IMG/VR virus record: IMGVR_UViG_3300031578_000012
Direction: 5' to 3' (one strand)
Source: a virus
DNA: 64,000 nucleotides
A program made the position numbers and the translations under genes. Below the pieces are notes generated by a model, which searched no databases, was not told the DNA's origin, and was given only the letters and a program-made list of their open reading frames with translations. Each line of letters begins with the position of its first letter. Positions within the stretch are counted from its first letter, which is position 1. Below, piece after piece: positions 27,720-38,195 of this stretch.

Positions 27720-28671
27720 TAAGGAGCGTCTATATACATATTTTGCTAAGAACCATGGTCCTTTGTACAAAACCAGTAATGGATGGTATGAAGGAGTATG
27801 TCCCTTTTGCGGTCGGCCGAAACTGGCTCTTAATTTCATTTACAAGCAAGCAAAGTGTTGGCGGGAGTGTTTTAACGGATTTGCGGTGGATCTGATCATG
27901 AAATATCATGGGATTAGGTACGTTGAGGCTCTTGATATGATAGAAGAGTATGATCCTACATACATTAAACTTGCCGGAACTTCTACCTATCAGCGATCAG
28001 ATGTAATACTACCTGAAGGTTATACTCCCATTCTTTTCGGGGAGGGGATCATGGGGGACCGGGCTCGTCATACTTTGGAGAGTCGTGGAATGGATCTTAA
28101 TTACCTGGATCGTATAGGTGTAGGCTATTGTAACAAGGAACATAAGGAATCAAAGAAAAACTATTTTGGGTATATCATTATACCTTTTAAACACGATGGT
28201 ATTTTGGTTTACTTTATCGCCCGGGATTTTACGGGGAACCATTTACGGTACAAGAATCCGTCTAAAGAAGAGTATGGTATAGGTAAGGGAGAGATTCTTT
28301 TCAATGAAGAGGCTCTGTACCTAAATGAGAAGATATATGTTATGGAGGGATGGTCAGATGCGGCTACGGTAGGCCCGGCTGGTGTGTCTATCCAAGGTTC
28401 TGATATGGGTATATATCAACGAACCAAGATAATACAAAGTCCGGTTCAGGAAGTTGTTGTAATTCCTGATGTTGGTTTTTATTCCAATGGTCTTCGTATA
28501 GCTAGTAAGCTAATCAGCCATAAGTCTGTAAAAGTGATAGATTTGGTTGAGTTAAAAGATCTGGGTAAAGATGTGAATCAAATAGGTAAAGTTAATGTTC
28601 TGTCGTTAGAGGACCATGTTCCTTGGTTGACCAGGAAAACAGTATATACAGAGTTACGCCATGCTTCGTGA
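27712..28671 (+). CDS. DNA primase (zinc finger + TOPRIM)
   Basis: CPFCGRPK...CWRECFNG zinc finger. TOPRIM motifs MEGWSDAATV and VVVIPDVG. Confidence 0.85.
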   Translation: MIDKERLYTYFAKNHGPLYKTSNGWYEGVCPFCGRPKLALNFIYKQAKCWRECFNGFAVDLIMKYHGIRYVEALDMIEEYDPTYIKLAGTSTYQRSDVILPEGYTPILFGEGIMGDRARHTLESRGMDLNYLDRIGVGYCNKEHKESKKNYFGYIIIPFKHDGILVYFIARDFTGNHLRYKNPSKEEYGIGKGEILFNEEALYLNEKIYVMEGWSDAATVGPAGVSIQGSDMGIYQRTKIIQSPVQEVVVIPDVGFYSNGLRIASKLISHKSVKVIDLVELKDLGKDVNQIGKVNVLSLEDHVPWLTRKTVYTELRHAS

Positions 28672-29554
28672 TCCATCCATACATATGTGTCGATCCGATC
28701 TTATCAGGATTTTGGAAAAGGAAAGGGTAATTCAGAGGATCCTAGACAGGGAGTTTTTATTTGCTCAGGATATTGTTAGTGTGCTTTTGACACATTATAA
28801 GGATAATATCAAAGATAGGATAATTTTGACAGCACTGGCTAAAACCAGGAAGAAGCTAGAACGAACTGTCCTGGCCGAAGAAAATATTGTAGAGGATTTT
28901 AATAAGGTATATAACGCCGCTATGCTGGCGAACAACATAAAAACACTGCCAATCAAGAAAAGCGATCCTCATTACTTGACACTGAAAGAGATAGCTAAAC
29001 AGGCCTATGATTTTTGTCAACTCTTCGATTTACCTTTAGAGGCAGGTTTCAACCTATACGTTGACATTGGGATTAAATTGCTGGACCGGAAATTTTCTAT
29101 TTACAGGTTGAAATCATACAGCATTAAAATTGTAGAGCACTACGATAATAAGATACTAATAGAAAATGATAGCACACCAGACCGTACTATTGCTATGGCA
29201 AAGGCCTGGCAAAGCGCCATGTCTCAGTTTTTCGGGCAGGATATAAAGGTTGAAGGCATTAAAGAATATATATACTTCGTCCATGCCAAGAATGATGCAG
29301 ACCATATGCAAGCAGATTATCAGGATTGGATTAACGCCCAGTTTGAAAAGTGGGCTTTTTTGAATAATGCTCCGGCTTTCAGTCAGCTACATGGAGAGAA
29401 CGCCGGCTTGAATTATTCCTTATATATGGGAAAAGAATCAAAGGAATTTGCTTCAGAGGAAGAAAAAACTTATTTTAAAAATGTGAAGGGTGAAAAAAAG
29501 ATCCAGACCAAGGCCGATAAGCAAAAAAAGACAGGTCGTAAACCGACAGTATAA
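28661..29554 (+). CDS. Hypothetical protein (297 aa)
   Basis: ORF overlapping the primase stop. Confidence 0.65.
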   Translation: MLRDPSIHMCRSDLIRILEKERVIQRILDREFLFAQDIVSVLLTHYKDNIKDRIILTALAKTRKKLERTVLAEENIVEDFNKVYNAAMLANNIKTLPIKKSDPHYLTLKEIAKQAYDFCQLFDLPLEAGFNLYVDIGIKLLDRKFSIYRLKSYSIKIVEHYDNKILIENDSTPDRTIAMAKAWQSAMSQFFGQDIKVEGIKEYIYFVHAKNDADHMQADYQDWINAQFEKWAFLNNAPAFSQLHGENAGLNYSLYMGKESKEFASEEEKTYFKNVKGEKKIQTKADKQKKTGRKPTV

Positions 29555-29927
29555 AAAAGTATGTGATGACATTGACCGCAACCAACTATACACCTATGAT
29601 AGAATATTCTGTACATCATGTAATTGTACTCTGGCCGTGTATGGAGAAACTTTTAGAAATTGGGGCCATTCTCATAATCTTCCGAAAGGCCGATTCCCCA
29701 TTCTTATTGCGGAGAAAGCTAATATTTCTCCCCGTTGCCAGGACGAAAACAATAGGGAAGGATGTCACGAAGCTCTTGACCGGTGTGACTTTTCCCGTAT
29801 TTCAGGCTTTAGAGACCTGGGATCCATCATGGCCTATAGAAGAGAGAATGCGCCTGAAGAATACAATAAATTTGTTACTGGATTAAAAGCGGAGGGGTGT
29901 CATGACTACGAATATGAAGAAATCTAA
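29490..29927 (+). CDS. Cys/His-rich putative nuclease (HNH/NinG-like)
   Basis: CTSCNC...WGHSHNLPKGRF...CQDENNREGCHEALD. It has a GTG start and a 65-nt overlap with the upstream gene. The function is tentative. Confidence 0.45.
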   Translation: MKKRSRPRPISKKRQVVNRQYKKVCDDIDRNQLYTYDRIFCTSCNCTLAVYGETFRNWGHSHNLPKGRFPILIAEKANISPRCQDENNREGCHEALDRCDFSRISGFRDLGSIMAYRRENAPEEYNKFVTGLKAEGCHDYEYEEI

Positions 29928-30099
29928 TAGAAAAATATTGGTATTCATCAGTAAGATCACATCAGTATCAGGGATTAGCATGTTCTGGTATGAAGTAAAT
30001 GGGGTTCGTAAAGTGATAGAAGGGGATAGGAAAGAGGTAGGCGATAAAAGACAGGAATTGATTAACCTATATCAAGATGAACAATTAACAGCAAAATAA
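29902..30099 (+). CDS. Hypothetical protein (65 aa)
   Basis: Short ORF in the operon with no motif. Confidence 0.4.
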   Translation: MTTNMKKSNRKILVFISKITSVSGISMFWYEVNGVRKVIEGDRKEVGDKRQELINLYQDEQLTAK

Positions 30100-30133
30100 A
30101 AGCAGAATTTCTAGCCACTTAAAATACACAATC

Positions 30134-30694
30134 ATGAAAAAAATTATAGGAATCTCTGGAAAGCAGAGATCAGGAAAAAACAGCGTAGCTGAGGTGCTTG
30201 AAAGTATTCTTAGTTCATACGAAAAGGTTGTAATAACTTCCTTTGCAGATCGATTGAAGAAAGTATCGGCCATAGCGATGGGATTACCAGTAAATACTTT
30301 TTTTGCTGATTCATCAAAAGCAAAATTATACGAGATAGCGCCTGATATTTTTATGACCGGCCGGGAGATACTGCAGAAGGTGGGAACAGACTGTTTTCGA
30401 AATAATATCCATGATGATTTTTGGGTGTATTCTCTGATGAGTGGTCTGAATAGAGAGAAATCTGGTATATACATAATTCCGGATGTTCGGTTCCCAAATG
30501 AGTTCAAAGCCATAAGAGATGTTGGAGGTTACGTTATAAGAGTAGTTAGGCCAGGGTTTGAGGGGGATGACCATATATCTGAGACTGCCTTGGATGGATA
30601 TGGATTTGATTTCATGATATATAATGACTGCCCTTTAAAGGGGGCAAATTTCATAGCTCAAGTAGAACAATTTATACGAATATACATATATTAG
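30134..30694 (+). CDS. Deoxynucleoside monophosphate kinase (T4 gp1-like)
   Basis: P-loop GISGKQRSGKNS. IIPDVRFPNEFKAIRDVGGYVIRVVRPGFEGDDHISETAL parallels T4 gp1 IVPDTRQDHE...VIHVVRPGQKSNDTHITEAGL. Confidence 0.85.
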   Translation: MKKIIGISGKQRSGKNSVAEVLESILSSYEKVVITSFADRLKKVSAIAMGLPVNTFFADSSKAKLYEIAPDIFMTGREILQKVGTDCFRNNIHDDFWVYSLMSGLNREKSGIYIIPDVRFPNEFKAIRDVGGYVIRVVRPGFEGDDHISETALDGYGFDFMIYNDCPLKGANFIAQVEQFIRIYIY

Positions 30695-32179
30695 ATGCAG
30701 ATATTTCTGGATAATGTGCAGTCACTTTTGGTGGGGTCAGAGACTTTATTTAAGGCTCTTCGTAAATATATGTCGATAGACGTACCCGGAGCTTATTTTA
30801 CTGATGCTTACCGTAAGCATGGTTGGGACGGAAAACGGTATTTTATTACGCCTAAAGGTAATATGGCTACCGGCTTTCTTCCCCTGGTATTAAAGTATAT
30901 TGAAGAGGAATATCCGGAAACAAACATAGAGATCATAGACAAAAGAGGAGAAATACCCCGACAAAAAGAAGTATTTATAGAGAAGATAGGATCCGTTGCT
31001 GCTGCCAGTAAATATGAGTATCAGAAGGAGCTTATCGTCAAGTTTAATAATTTTATTTCATTCCGGAATCAATCGATCTATTTTCCGAGAGGTATAGTAG
31101 ATGCTGCAACCAATGCCGGTAAGACGGCTATTATGGCCGGGCTATACTTGAATTTGGAGGGGGTTAATAGGATGTTGGTAATCATCCATCGTAAAACTAT
31201 TTATAGGGAGTTGGTTGAGTTCATGACTTCTGTTTTTGGGGAAGTAGGAGAAATAAATCCGGATATCTATAAGATAGCTCCGGTTACAATAGGCATGATA
31301 AATACTATGCATTCTCGCTTACATGATGTTAATATGCGCCGGGATCTGGAATCTTTTAATATACTTGTTGTTGATGAAAGCCATCGAGCCGGTAGTTCTA
31401 TGTATTCAAAAGTACTGCAGAGGTGTCCGTCCCCAATCCGGATGTTTTTATCTGGGACCGCCCTGGATGCGGGTAAGGATGCTATTGTTAAAAAGATGAT
31501 CATGGTAGGGCTGTCCGGGCCTAAGTTGGGGGAGATAAGTAAACGGGAACTGATGGATAAGAAAATAAGTACGGAAGTGAAGGTGCATTTACATGTGTGT
31601 AATACTATATTAAGGGCTCCTATTGTGGATTACAAAGAGATGATGAAAGCCTGTGTCCATTATTCTTCAGAGCGGGTAGCTTTAATGTGGTTTATTATCA
31701 AGCAGAAGTATAAAGATGGGCTTATCCTGGTAGCGGTTAATGAAATTCACCATGGGGAGTTTTTGCTGAATCGATTACAGGAATTCAATGATGCGGATAA
31801 ACTAGGGTTGGCCATTGATCTAACCCATAGTGAAGATTCCAGGCAAATAGAAAAGGTGGATGCCTGTAAGCAGGGAGATCTGGATGTACTCATCAGCACA
31901 ACTGTACTCAAAGAGGGGGTAAACATTCCATTAGTAAGATATCTTATTTATGCGGCCGGAGGAAAATCCAAGATTGATATTAAGCAGTGGATGGGTAGGA
32001 TTGAGCGTTTGCATTCTACGAAGCCTTTCGTAGAGTTCCACGATTTCTATGATATTGGATCCTACATACAGCGTCATAGCGCGGTGCGCCGGCAGATCTA
32101 TATTGATGAACAGCTTGAAATTATAGAAGAATATAATATTAAAGAAATTAAAAAGTACAAATCTGTTGTAATTAATTAA
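30695..32179 (+). CDS. SF2 DEAD/DEAH-box helicase
   Basis: Walker A TNAGKT, Walker B VVDESH and motif VI QWMGRIERL. Confidence 0.85.
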   Translation: MQIFLDNVQSLLVGSETLFKALRKYMSIDVPGAYFTDAYRKHGWDGKRYFITPKGNMATGFLPLVLKYIEEEYPETNIEIIDKRGEIPRQKEVFIEKIGSVAAASKYEYQKELIVKFNNFISFRNQSIYFPRGIVDAATNAGKTAIMAGLYLNLEGVNRMLVIIHRKTIYRELVEFMTSVFGEVGEINPDIYKIAPVTIGMINTMHSRLHDVNMRRDLESFNILVVDESHRAGSSMYSKVLQRCPSPIRMFLSGTALDAGKDAIVKKMIMVGLSGPKLGEISKRELMDKKISTEVKVHLHVCNTILRAPIVDYKEMMKACVHYSSERVALMWFIIKQKYKDGLILVAVNEIHHGEFLLNRLQEFNDADKLGLAIDLTHSEDSRQIEKVDACKQGDLDVLISTTVLKEGVNIPLVRYLIYAAGGKSKIDIKQWMGRIERLHSTKPFVEFHDFYDIGSYIQRHSAVRRQIYIDEQLEIIEEYNIKEIKKYKSVVIN

Positions 32180-32188
32180 AATTTTAAG

Positions 32189-32196
32189 TATCTTTG
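32189..32196 (+). promoter_or_regulatory. TAnnTTTG box (TATCTTTG)
   Basis: Lies in the 28-nt gap, 11 nt upstream of the ATG at 32208. Confidence 0.4.
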
Positions 32197-32207
32197 TACC
32201 CAATAGT

Positions 32208-32669
32208 ATGAAACGAGAACCAAAAGAAAAAGCAGAAAAGGTAGATCTACTTAAGCCCTATACACCGTCCAAGCCACAGGATGACGGTTGTTTTGGCAAT
32301 ATGTGGGATCCACAACATAAAGATTGTTCTATATGCGCTGATATAGAGGTATGTGGTATACTATATCAGCAGAACCATATTCAGATTAAAAAGCAGAAGT
32401 TTGAAGAAGAGAACGGACCTACTTTAGATATGACTGATTTTGAGGCCATATCAATAGAAAAGGTAGAGAAACTGGCTTTACAATACCAGAATGACCAGGA
32501 GCCGATGACAGTGGATGAGCTGATTTCATACATAAAAACACAAGCGCGAACTAAGGATACAGTAGCAGTCCGAGAATACTTAAAGAGAGTACTACCAATG
32601 ACCAAAATGCATATACAAGAAGACGAAATTCATGTCCAAAGTAACAATAATAGTAGATCAGGAAACTAA
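32208..32669 (+). CDS. Hypothetical protein (153 aa)
   Basis: ORF overlapping the polymerase start. Confidence 0.6.
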   Translation: MKREPKEKAEKVDLLKPYTPSKPQDDGCFGNMWDPQHKDCSICADIEVCGILYQQNHIQIKKQKFEEENGPTLDMTDFEAISIEKVEKLALQYQNDQEPMTVDELISYIKTQARTKDTVAVREYLKRVLPMTKMHIQEDEIHVQSNNNSRSGN

Positions 32670-35094
32670 TCTTACTCTGCTTAATCGAACAATGATTGAT
32701 ACTGTCGGGTTTGACCCGGAGGAGGTAGTCAAGATCGATATAGTAGAAGGAGCCGGTAAGGTATGGTCCCGGATAAAAGCTGTGAAGCCTTCCGTAATTA
32801 TGCCGGTAGGTGAGAAGGCTTTAAATACACTGCTAGGGGTAAATGGCATAACCAAGCATGCTGGTCAGATATTATATAAAGACGATTATCCAATTGTTCC
32901 CATACTATCCCCGGGATACATCGAAAGAAATCATCATCAATTAAGAAGGTTTGCAGAGGATATCTACACAGCATACCAGGCTTCGCTCGGAATCAACAAG
33001 ATAGAGGCCACCAATCAATTTGTTATAATGGAGACCCTGGAAGAGGTTCACCATTTGGTCGAGTACATAAAAAGTGTTGGTTATGGAGCCTTCGACTTTG
33101 AAACTACACTTTTGACGGACATGGGTACCTTTGATCCGGACTTTGTAGTAACCTGTCTGAGTATATCTTTTCAGCAGGGATCTGCCTATGTATTACCAAT
33201 CAATCACCCACAACGTAAAATGAGTGATGACGATCTTCGAGCAGCTATTGACCTACTTGCTTATGAATTTTTTGGGGATCCAAATATTACAAAGATAGGT
33301 CAATATGTGAAGTTTGATATGCATTGTGCTGCTAGGCTTGGGATTACTGTGTTTAGGGGACCTTTCCACGATACAATGTTAATGCATCATCTGCTGGATG
33401 AGAATTCTTCGAACAAGCTTAAGGAGATGGTTCGATACTACTATCCACGATTCGCGAATTATGAATCAGAGGTAAGCAAGTACTCCTGGGATAGCATTCC
33501 GTTGAATATCCTGGCAAAATATAACGCCCTGGATGCAGATTTAACCTTCCGGCTATATTGGTTATTTACTGACATGCTTCTGGAAGACGAGCGACTTTAT
33601 AATCTGTACCGAAACCTGACCGCGCCGGCTACGGTGGTTCTATTCCGCTTGGAGGAAAACGGAATGATGCTTGATAAGAAGTATCTCCGTGATTCTATTG
33701 AAAAAGTTGGTGAATTTATACAGGAACTAGAGGAGGATATGCGGAATAACAAGAGTGTCATTTCATTTGATCATTACATTCAGGAGCAGGAAATAGAAGA
33801 TGCCATAGAGAATTACGAAGATAAACTAGAAAAAGAGAAGGGGATAGAATACAAAGGTAAATCAGCTCAAAACAATCAAACTATTAGGATAAAAAAGTAT
33901 ACTGAAGCGGTTGCGCAATTAAAGACAGGATCTTTGGTACCTACACATAAAATACTCAATTTTGGGTCTCCCGTACAGTTAGTAGACTTGCTATTTAGTG
34001 TTTGGGGCTTTAATTTCCTTCCTCCGATAGATCCCTGGACCAATAAATCTATACGGGCTACAGACAAAAACACTTTGGACTTGTTGAATGATCGATCAGG
34101 TTTTTTGGATAACCTACAATCCTGGAGGCAGCTTAAAAAGATTCAAGGTACGTATTTAAATGGTTTGATAGAAAAGCTGGATGGTAATCATTACATTCAC
34201 GGTACTTTTAACCAGCATGGAACTAAAACTGGTCGGCTTAGCTCGGACAAGCCTAACCTGCAGAACGTCATAAGCCGGACCAAATATAAGAAGGTAGAGG
34301 AAGCGGTAAAGTTTGTGAAGGGGGCTTTTATTGTACCGGAAGGATATACTCTAATGCAGGCTGACTATTCTCAGGCAGAACTTCGAATTATAGCTCACTA
34401 TGCAGACGAGACAGCCATGCTTGAGGCCTATGCCGCTGGAGAGGACCTGCATGAACGTACTGCAGCAAATGCCAGGAATTATACCCTGGAAGAATTTCGT
34501 GCTCTACCCGAAAAAGATTTTAAACAGTATAGATTTGAAGCTAAGGCTGAAAATTTTGGTTTTATTTACAGGATCTCCCCGGAAGGGTTTAGAGAATACG
34601 CCAGGGTTCAATATGGTATCCGAATGTCCTTACAAGCATCTCAGAAAAAGCGTGATGCTTTCTTTCAGCATTATCCCAGGATTCTGAAGTATCATGATTT
34701 GTATGTAAATAAGGCCAGGAAATTTAAGTATGTACGTACATTGTTTGGTAGCAAGATACGTATTCCAGAGATAGATAGTTTTAACCGTATTAAGAGAGGG
34801 CATGCAGAAAGAAACGCGATAAATGGACCTATACAGGGAACAGCCGGTCAGATGACCATATTCGCTCTTGTATTGCTGAAGCATCGCCTGGGACAGGATA
34901 TTCTTATGGTAAATACGGTACACGATAGTATATTATTTTACTGCTTGAACAGTAAAGTAGAGGAAAAAAAGGCCATTATTGAGGAAACCATGGAGAATTT
35001 ACCGCTAGAACAGTATTTTGACAAGGTTTTTGACAAAGTGAAGATGAAAGTGGATTTTGAGACTTCCAAAGAATCGTGGGAGGCTTTAAGCTAG
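32632..35094 (+). CDS. polA: Family A DNA polymerase with 3'-5' exonuclease and an N-terminal UDG-like domain
   Basis: Motif A DYSQAELR, motif B RFEAKAENFGFIY, motif C VHDSILF and exo motif FDFETT. The N-terminal ~110 aa resemble family-4 UDG (PVGEKALNTLLG, ILSPGYIERN). Confidence 0.95.
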   Translation: MSKVTIIVDQETNLTLLNRTMIDTVGFDPEEVVKIDIVEGAGKVWSRIKAVKPSVIMPVGEKALNTLLGVNGITKHAGQILYKDDYPIVPILSPGYIERNHHQLRRFAEDIYTAYQASLGINKIEATNQFVIMETLEEVHHLVEYIKSVGYGAFDFETTLLTDMGTFDPDFVVTCLSISFQQGSAYVLPINHPQRKMSDDDLRAAIDLLAYEFFGDPNITKIGQYVKFDMHCAARLGITVFRGPFHDTMLMHHLLDENSSNKLKEMVRYYYPRFANYESEVSKYSWDSIPLNILAKYNALDADLTFRLYWLFTDMLLEDERLYNLYRNLTAPATVVLFRLEENGMMLDKKYLRDSIEKVGEFIQELEEDMRNNKSVISFDHYIQEQEIEDAIENYEDKLEKEKGIEYKGKSAQNNQTIRIKKYTEAVAQLKTGSLVPTHKILNFGSPVQLVDLLFSVWGFNFLPPIDPWTNKSIRATDKNTLDLLNDRSGFLDNLQSWRQLKKIQGTYLNGLIEKLDGNHYIHGTFNQHGTKTGRLSSDKPNLQNVISRTKYKKVEEAVKFVKGAFIVPEGYTLMQADYSQAELRIIAHYADETAMLEAYAAGEDLHERTAANARNYTLEEFRALPEKDFKQYRFEAKAENFGFIYRISPEGFREYARVQYGIRMSLQASQKKRDAFFQHYPRILKYHDLYVNKARKFKYVRTLFGSKIRIPEIDSFNRIKRGHAERNAINGPIQGTAGQMTIFALVLLKHRLGQDILMVNTVHDSILFYCLNSKVEEKKAIIEETMENLPLEQYFDKVFDKVKMKVDFETSKESWEALS

Positions 35095-35132
35095 GCCGAT
35101 GTTGGCCGACATAATTAAATACGATCACCAAA

Positions 35133-36125
35133 ATGGGTTTAGACGTAAACAAGCTCAATGAACTTCAGGAAGACCTGGAGAAGCGAAGCCAAGGTTCGTC
35201 CAAGAACTGGATCAATGTAAAGAAGATCGAAGAACCAATAGATATCCGGATAATGGATCCGCTGGCGGCAATGAACGGTATTTATTACATTGAAGTACCA
35301 GTATGGTGGGTGAACAGGCAGAAATTAATTTCTCCTAAATTTTTAGGGGAAGAGTGTGTCCTGGATGCAGCAGTTAAGATGGCAAACACTGCAAAAGATG
35401 CGGAGATTACAGCCTTACTTTATGCTAAGGAGAACAACATGCCGAAGGTTTCATTCAGTTATGAATTTTGGATCCCGGTTCTTCAATTCATTTGGGATGT
35501 GAACAAGAAGCAGGAAATCATCAATATCTATGATAAGGGTGATAACTATGATGTGAATAAGATTCTTAAGTTTGTGGTTGATGATCGAGTTAAGATCATG
35601 CAAACTGGTATATCTCTTTTAAAGCAGATTAATCAGCTTGCTACAGCCAGGGGCGGTGGTGTGATGACGGAGATACTGGACGGCTTCAATATCCAAATAT
35701 CAAAATCAGGTAAAGGTAGGGATACCAAGTATGCCGCCGTAAAAACCGAAGCTATGCCAATGCCAGGAATATTCTATGAAGACCAGATATCTGTTATTGA
35801 TGTAGCGAAATCACAAATCTTTACCAATGAGTATTTGGATTCTGTGATTGGTGAATACCTGTACGGAGAAGAGAAAAAGGAAGAGGAGTATGCATTTCCG
35901 GAGATTCGTGCAGAATTGGAGGAACGCTTCAAGGAAGATGAATCGGAAGAGAAGAAGACACCAGCTCGCAAGAGACCGGGAGCCAGAACTGCTCCGAAGG
36001 CGGAACCAGAGGCTACTGAGAAGGAGACACCTGTTCAGGGTAGAGGCAGAGGAGCTGCCGCAACCACAGCTAGGGGTCGTGGCCGGAACATCGCTAATGA
36101 TATGGCAGACGTAGGGGACAACTAG
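35133..36125 (+). CDS. Hypothetical protein, possibly ssDNA-binding (RG-rich, acidic tail)
   Basis: 330-aa ORF between the polymerase and recombination genes. C-terminal RGRGRG...RGRGRNIANDMADVGDN. The function is a guess from position. Confidence 0.6.
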   Translation: MGLDVNKLNELQEDLEKRSQGSSKNWINVKKIEEPIDIRIMDPLAAMNGIYYIEVPVWWVNRQKLISPKFLGEECVLDAAVKMANTAKDAEITALLYAKENNMPKVSFSYEFWIPVLQFIWDVNKKQEIINIYDKGDNYDVNKILKFVVDDRVKIMQTGISLLKQINQLATARGGGVMTEILDGFNIQISKSGKGRDTKYAAVKTEAMPMPGIFYEDQISVIDVAKSQIFTNEYLDSVIGEYLYGEEKKEEEYAFPEIRAELEERFKEDESEEKKTPARKRPGARTAPKAEPEATEKETPVQGRGRGAAATTARGRGRNIANDMADVGDN

Positions 36126-36605
36126 ATGAGTAGGATCATCGACTATACAGTACTTGGTAAACTATCTCCAGACCTAACCAGTCTGGAGATAGACCATGCT
36201 GAGCCGATGAAACGCTTACTCAAGAATTTGGAAGGTTTAACCCTTGAGATTAATATCAAGAGGTTTTTCCACCAGAGATCTTTAGCTCAGAACAGATGGA
36301 TATGGGGTATATGTATTACCACTATTCAGGCCTGGTTAAAGGAAACCAATGGAGAATTCCCGGATAAAGATACTGTATATGCTTTTTTGCGAATCCGGGT
36401 TGTAGGCCATGGAGTAGTTATTCGAGAGATGGATGGTTTTGAAGTACCAGTAATCGAAGGTAAGCGGTTTTCACAAATGACCACAGTAGAGTTTTCAGAC
36501 GCCGTAGAGAAGATCGTAGAATATTATGCTCTTCGGGGGTTAGAGGTACCATTACCAAAACCGAAAGGAAATAATTTGATTAACGAATATTTAAACGATG
36601 AATGA
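36126..36605 (+). CDS. ninB: NinB/Orf-family recombination mediator
   Basis: RSLAQNRWIWGICITTIQ compares with lambda NinB RSLDQNRKLWACLGDVSRQ. KRFSQMTTVEFSDAVEKIVEY compares with QSTSRMRVGEFAELLELIQAF. Confidence 0.8.
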   Translation: MSRIIDYTVLGKLSPDLTSLEIDHAEPMKRLLKNLEGLTLEINIKRFFHQRSLAQNRWIWGICITTIQAWLKETNGEFPDKDTVYAFLRIRVVGHGVVIREMDGFEVPVIEGKRFSQMTTVEFSDAVEKIVEYYALRGLEVPLPKPKGNNLINEYLNDE

Positions 36606-37194
36606 ACCAAAAGCATACATAACAACTTACACCGGAGGTATGTTTGATATACTGGAGCCTCTAAAATCGCATATCACAATACACGATATTGCTCATAGTC
36701 TTTCTATGCAATGTCGCTTTAACGGTCACAGTCGATGTTTTTATTCGGTGGCTGAACACTCTTATCAAGCCAGTTTTTTGGTAAGTGGAAGTAAATTTAC
36801 AAAGCTAGGAGCTTTAATGCACGATGCCGCAGAAGCTTTTATGTCTGATATTCCTACTCCGGTTAAAAGACTCTTTCCCGAGATATATAAAGTTGAGGAA
36901 AAGATTGTACTGGCTATATTTGAGTTGCTTGAACTGGATTATGAAGCAGTTGATTGGGCTAAAGTGAAAGAAGTAGATAGGCTATTATTGCTTTATGAAC
37001 AGCAACAAATAGGTACTGTAGCCAATAAACATAAGGCTGCTTGGGGTCCCTGGCAGGAATTGTATCCGAACCAAACAAAAATTGTACGCGGAGAGCTTAA
37101 CAGCTTGAATATGCCACTTCCGGACCTAGAGGCCTGGGAACCAGAGCATGCAAAACACGCTTTCATCAGTAGATTTAACGAACTAACCTGGTAA
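36598..37194 (+). CDS. HD-domain phosphohydrolase (YfbR-like 5'-nucleotidase type)
   Basis: IAHSLSMQCRFNGH, AEHS and LMHDAAEAFMSDIP. Confidence 0.8.
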   Translation: MNEPKAYITTYTGGMFDILEPLKSHITIHDIAHSLSMQCRFNGHSRCFYSVAEHSYQASFLVSGSKFTKLGALMHDAAEAFMSDIPTPVKRLFPEIYKVEEKIVLAIFELLELDYEAVDWAKVKEVDRLLLLYEQQQIGTVANKHKAAWGPWQELYPNQTKIVRGELNSLNMPLPDLEAWEPEHAKHAFISRFNELTW

Positions 37195-37196
37195 TT

Positions 37197-38195
37197 ATGA
37201 AAAACATTGCTATAGTTACAGCAGATATTCATGTTCACAAATACAAGCAATTTAACCAGAATAATCGCCGGTTAATCAATGTGATTGGATATATCAATTA
37301 TCTGTTTAAGTTTGCTTACAAGAATGAGATTAACTGGATCCTATTTTCCGGGGACCTGTATAATAATATGCAGCTGATTGGTACTGAGGCAGAGGATATC
37401 ATTATTGAGTGTTTCCATCGTAATTTTCAAGCTAACCCTCATATTACCTGGGTAGCCATAAGTGGTAACCACGACCATGCTACTAAGAACCTTAAGGATG
37501 CACCGGCTAAAACAGCCTTACGACATCTTTCTGTACTGTTTCCCGGATTTTTATTGATTGATAATAGCGCGGTTACTATAGAAGGTGTTAAGATCCACGG
37601 TATCCCATATTATGAGTATCCTGAACATTTCATGGATAGTTTGGAATATACGGTTGAGCAGGCCATCAAACACGAACCTAAAAATAATATACTTCTTATG
37701 CATCAGCTTGTAGGTATGGATAACTCGCTAATTCTAGAAGATATTAATCCTGATCATAAATACTTACAATCTTTTCATACGGTATTTAATGGGCATGTAC
37801 ATAAACATTCTGAGGTTAGAGAAAACTTTATTAATGTAGGTAGCCCTTTACATAGGGATGCTGGGGACATAGGTATTCCTAAAGGATTTTTATTATTTGC
37901 TTTTGATACCCTGGAATGGGACTATTATGATCTTACTGATAAATACCCTCAATATATTCATAAAACTATAGGAGAAGAACTTACTGACTGGGAAAAGAAT
38001 CAGTATGTAATATGGGTGCCTTCCAAGCAAGAAGTACTTCCGGAAGACCAGGAGATTGTGGATAATTTTAGTTCAGATATAAAACCGGAAAAGTTATTTG
38101 AAAATTATGTCCGGGCGGCCTTGTCAGATGATGAGGCTAAGGAGCTGGGGGTTAACAAGGATGAATTAATTGAATTTGGATTAAGCTATTTATAA
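37197..38195 (+). CDS. sbcD: SbcD/Mre11-type nuclease
   Basis: Calcineurin-type phosphoesterase motifs ADIHV, GDLY, GNHD and GHVH. It sits directly upstream of the Rad50-like ATPase. Confidence 0.85.
   Translation: MKNIAIVTADIHVHKYKQFNQNNRRLINVIGYINYLFKFAYKNEINWILFSGDLYNNMQLIGTEAEDIIIECFHRNFQANPHITWVAISGNHDHATKNLKDAPAKTALRHLSVLFPGFLLIDNSAVTIEGVKIHGIPYYEYPEHFMDSLEYTVEQAIKHEPKNNILLMHQLVGMDNSLILEDINPDHKYLQSFHTVFNGHVHKHSEVRENFINVGSPLHRDAGDIGIPKGFLLFAFDTLEWDYYDLTDKYPQYIHKTIGEELTDWEKNQYVIWVPSKQEVLPEDQEIVDNFSSDIKPEKLFENYVRAALSDDEAKELGVNKDELIEFGLSYL

Noticed and set aside
29493-29499. A7 tract at the 28661..29554 / 29490..29927 overlap as a programmed frameshift site
   Set aside because: The downstream frame is +1 relative to the upstream frame, not -1. 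A GTG start is available at 29490, and there is no stimulatory structure that I can see. Evidence is insufficient.
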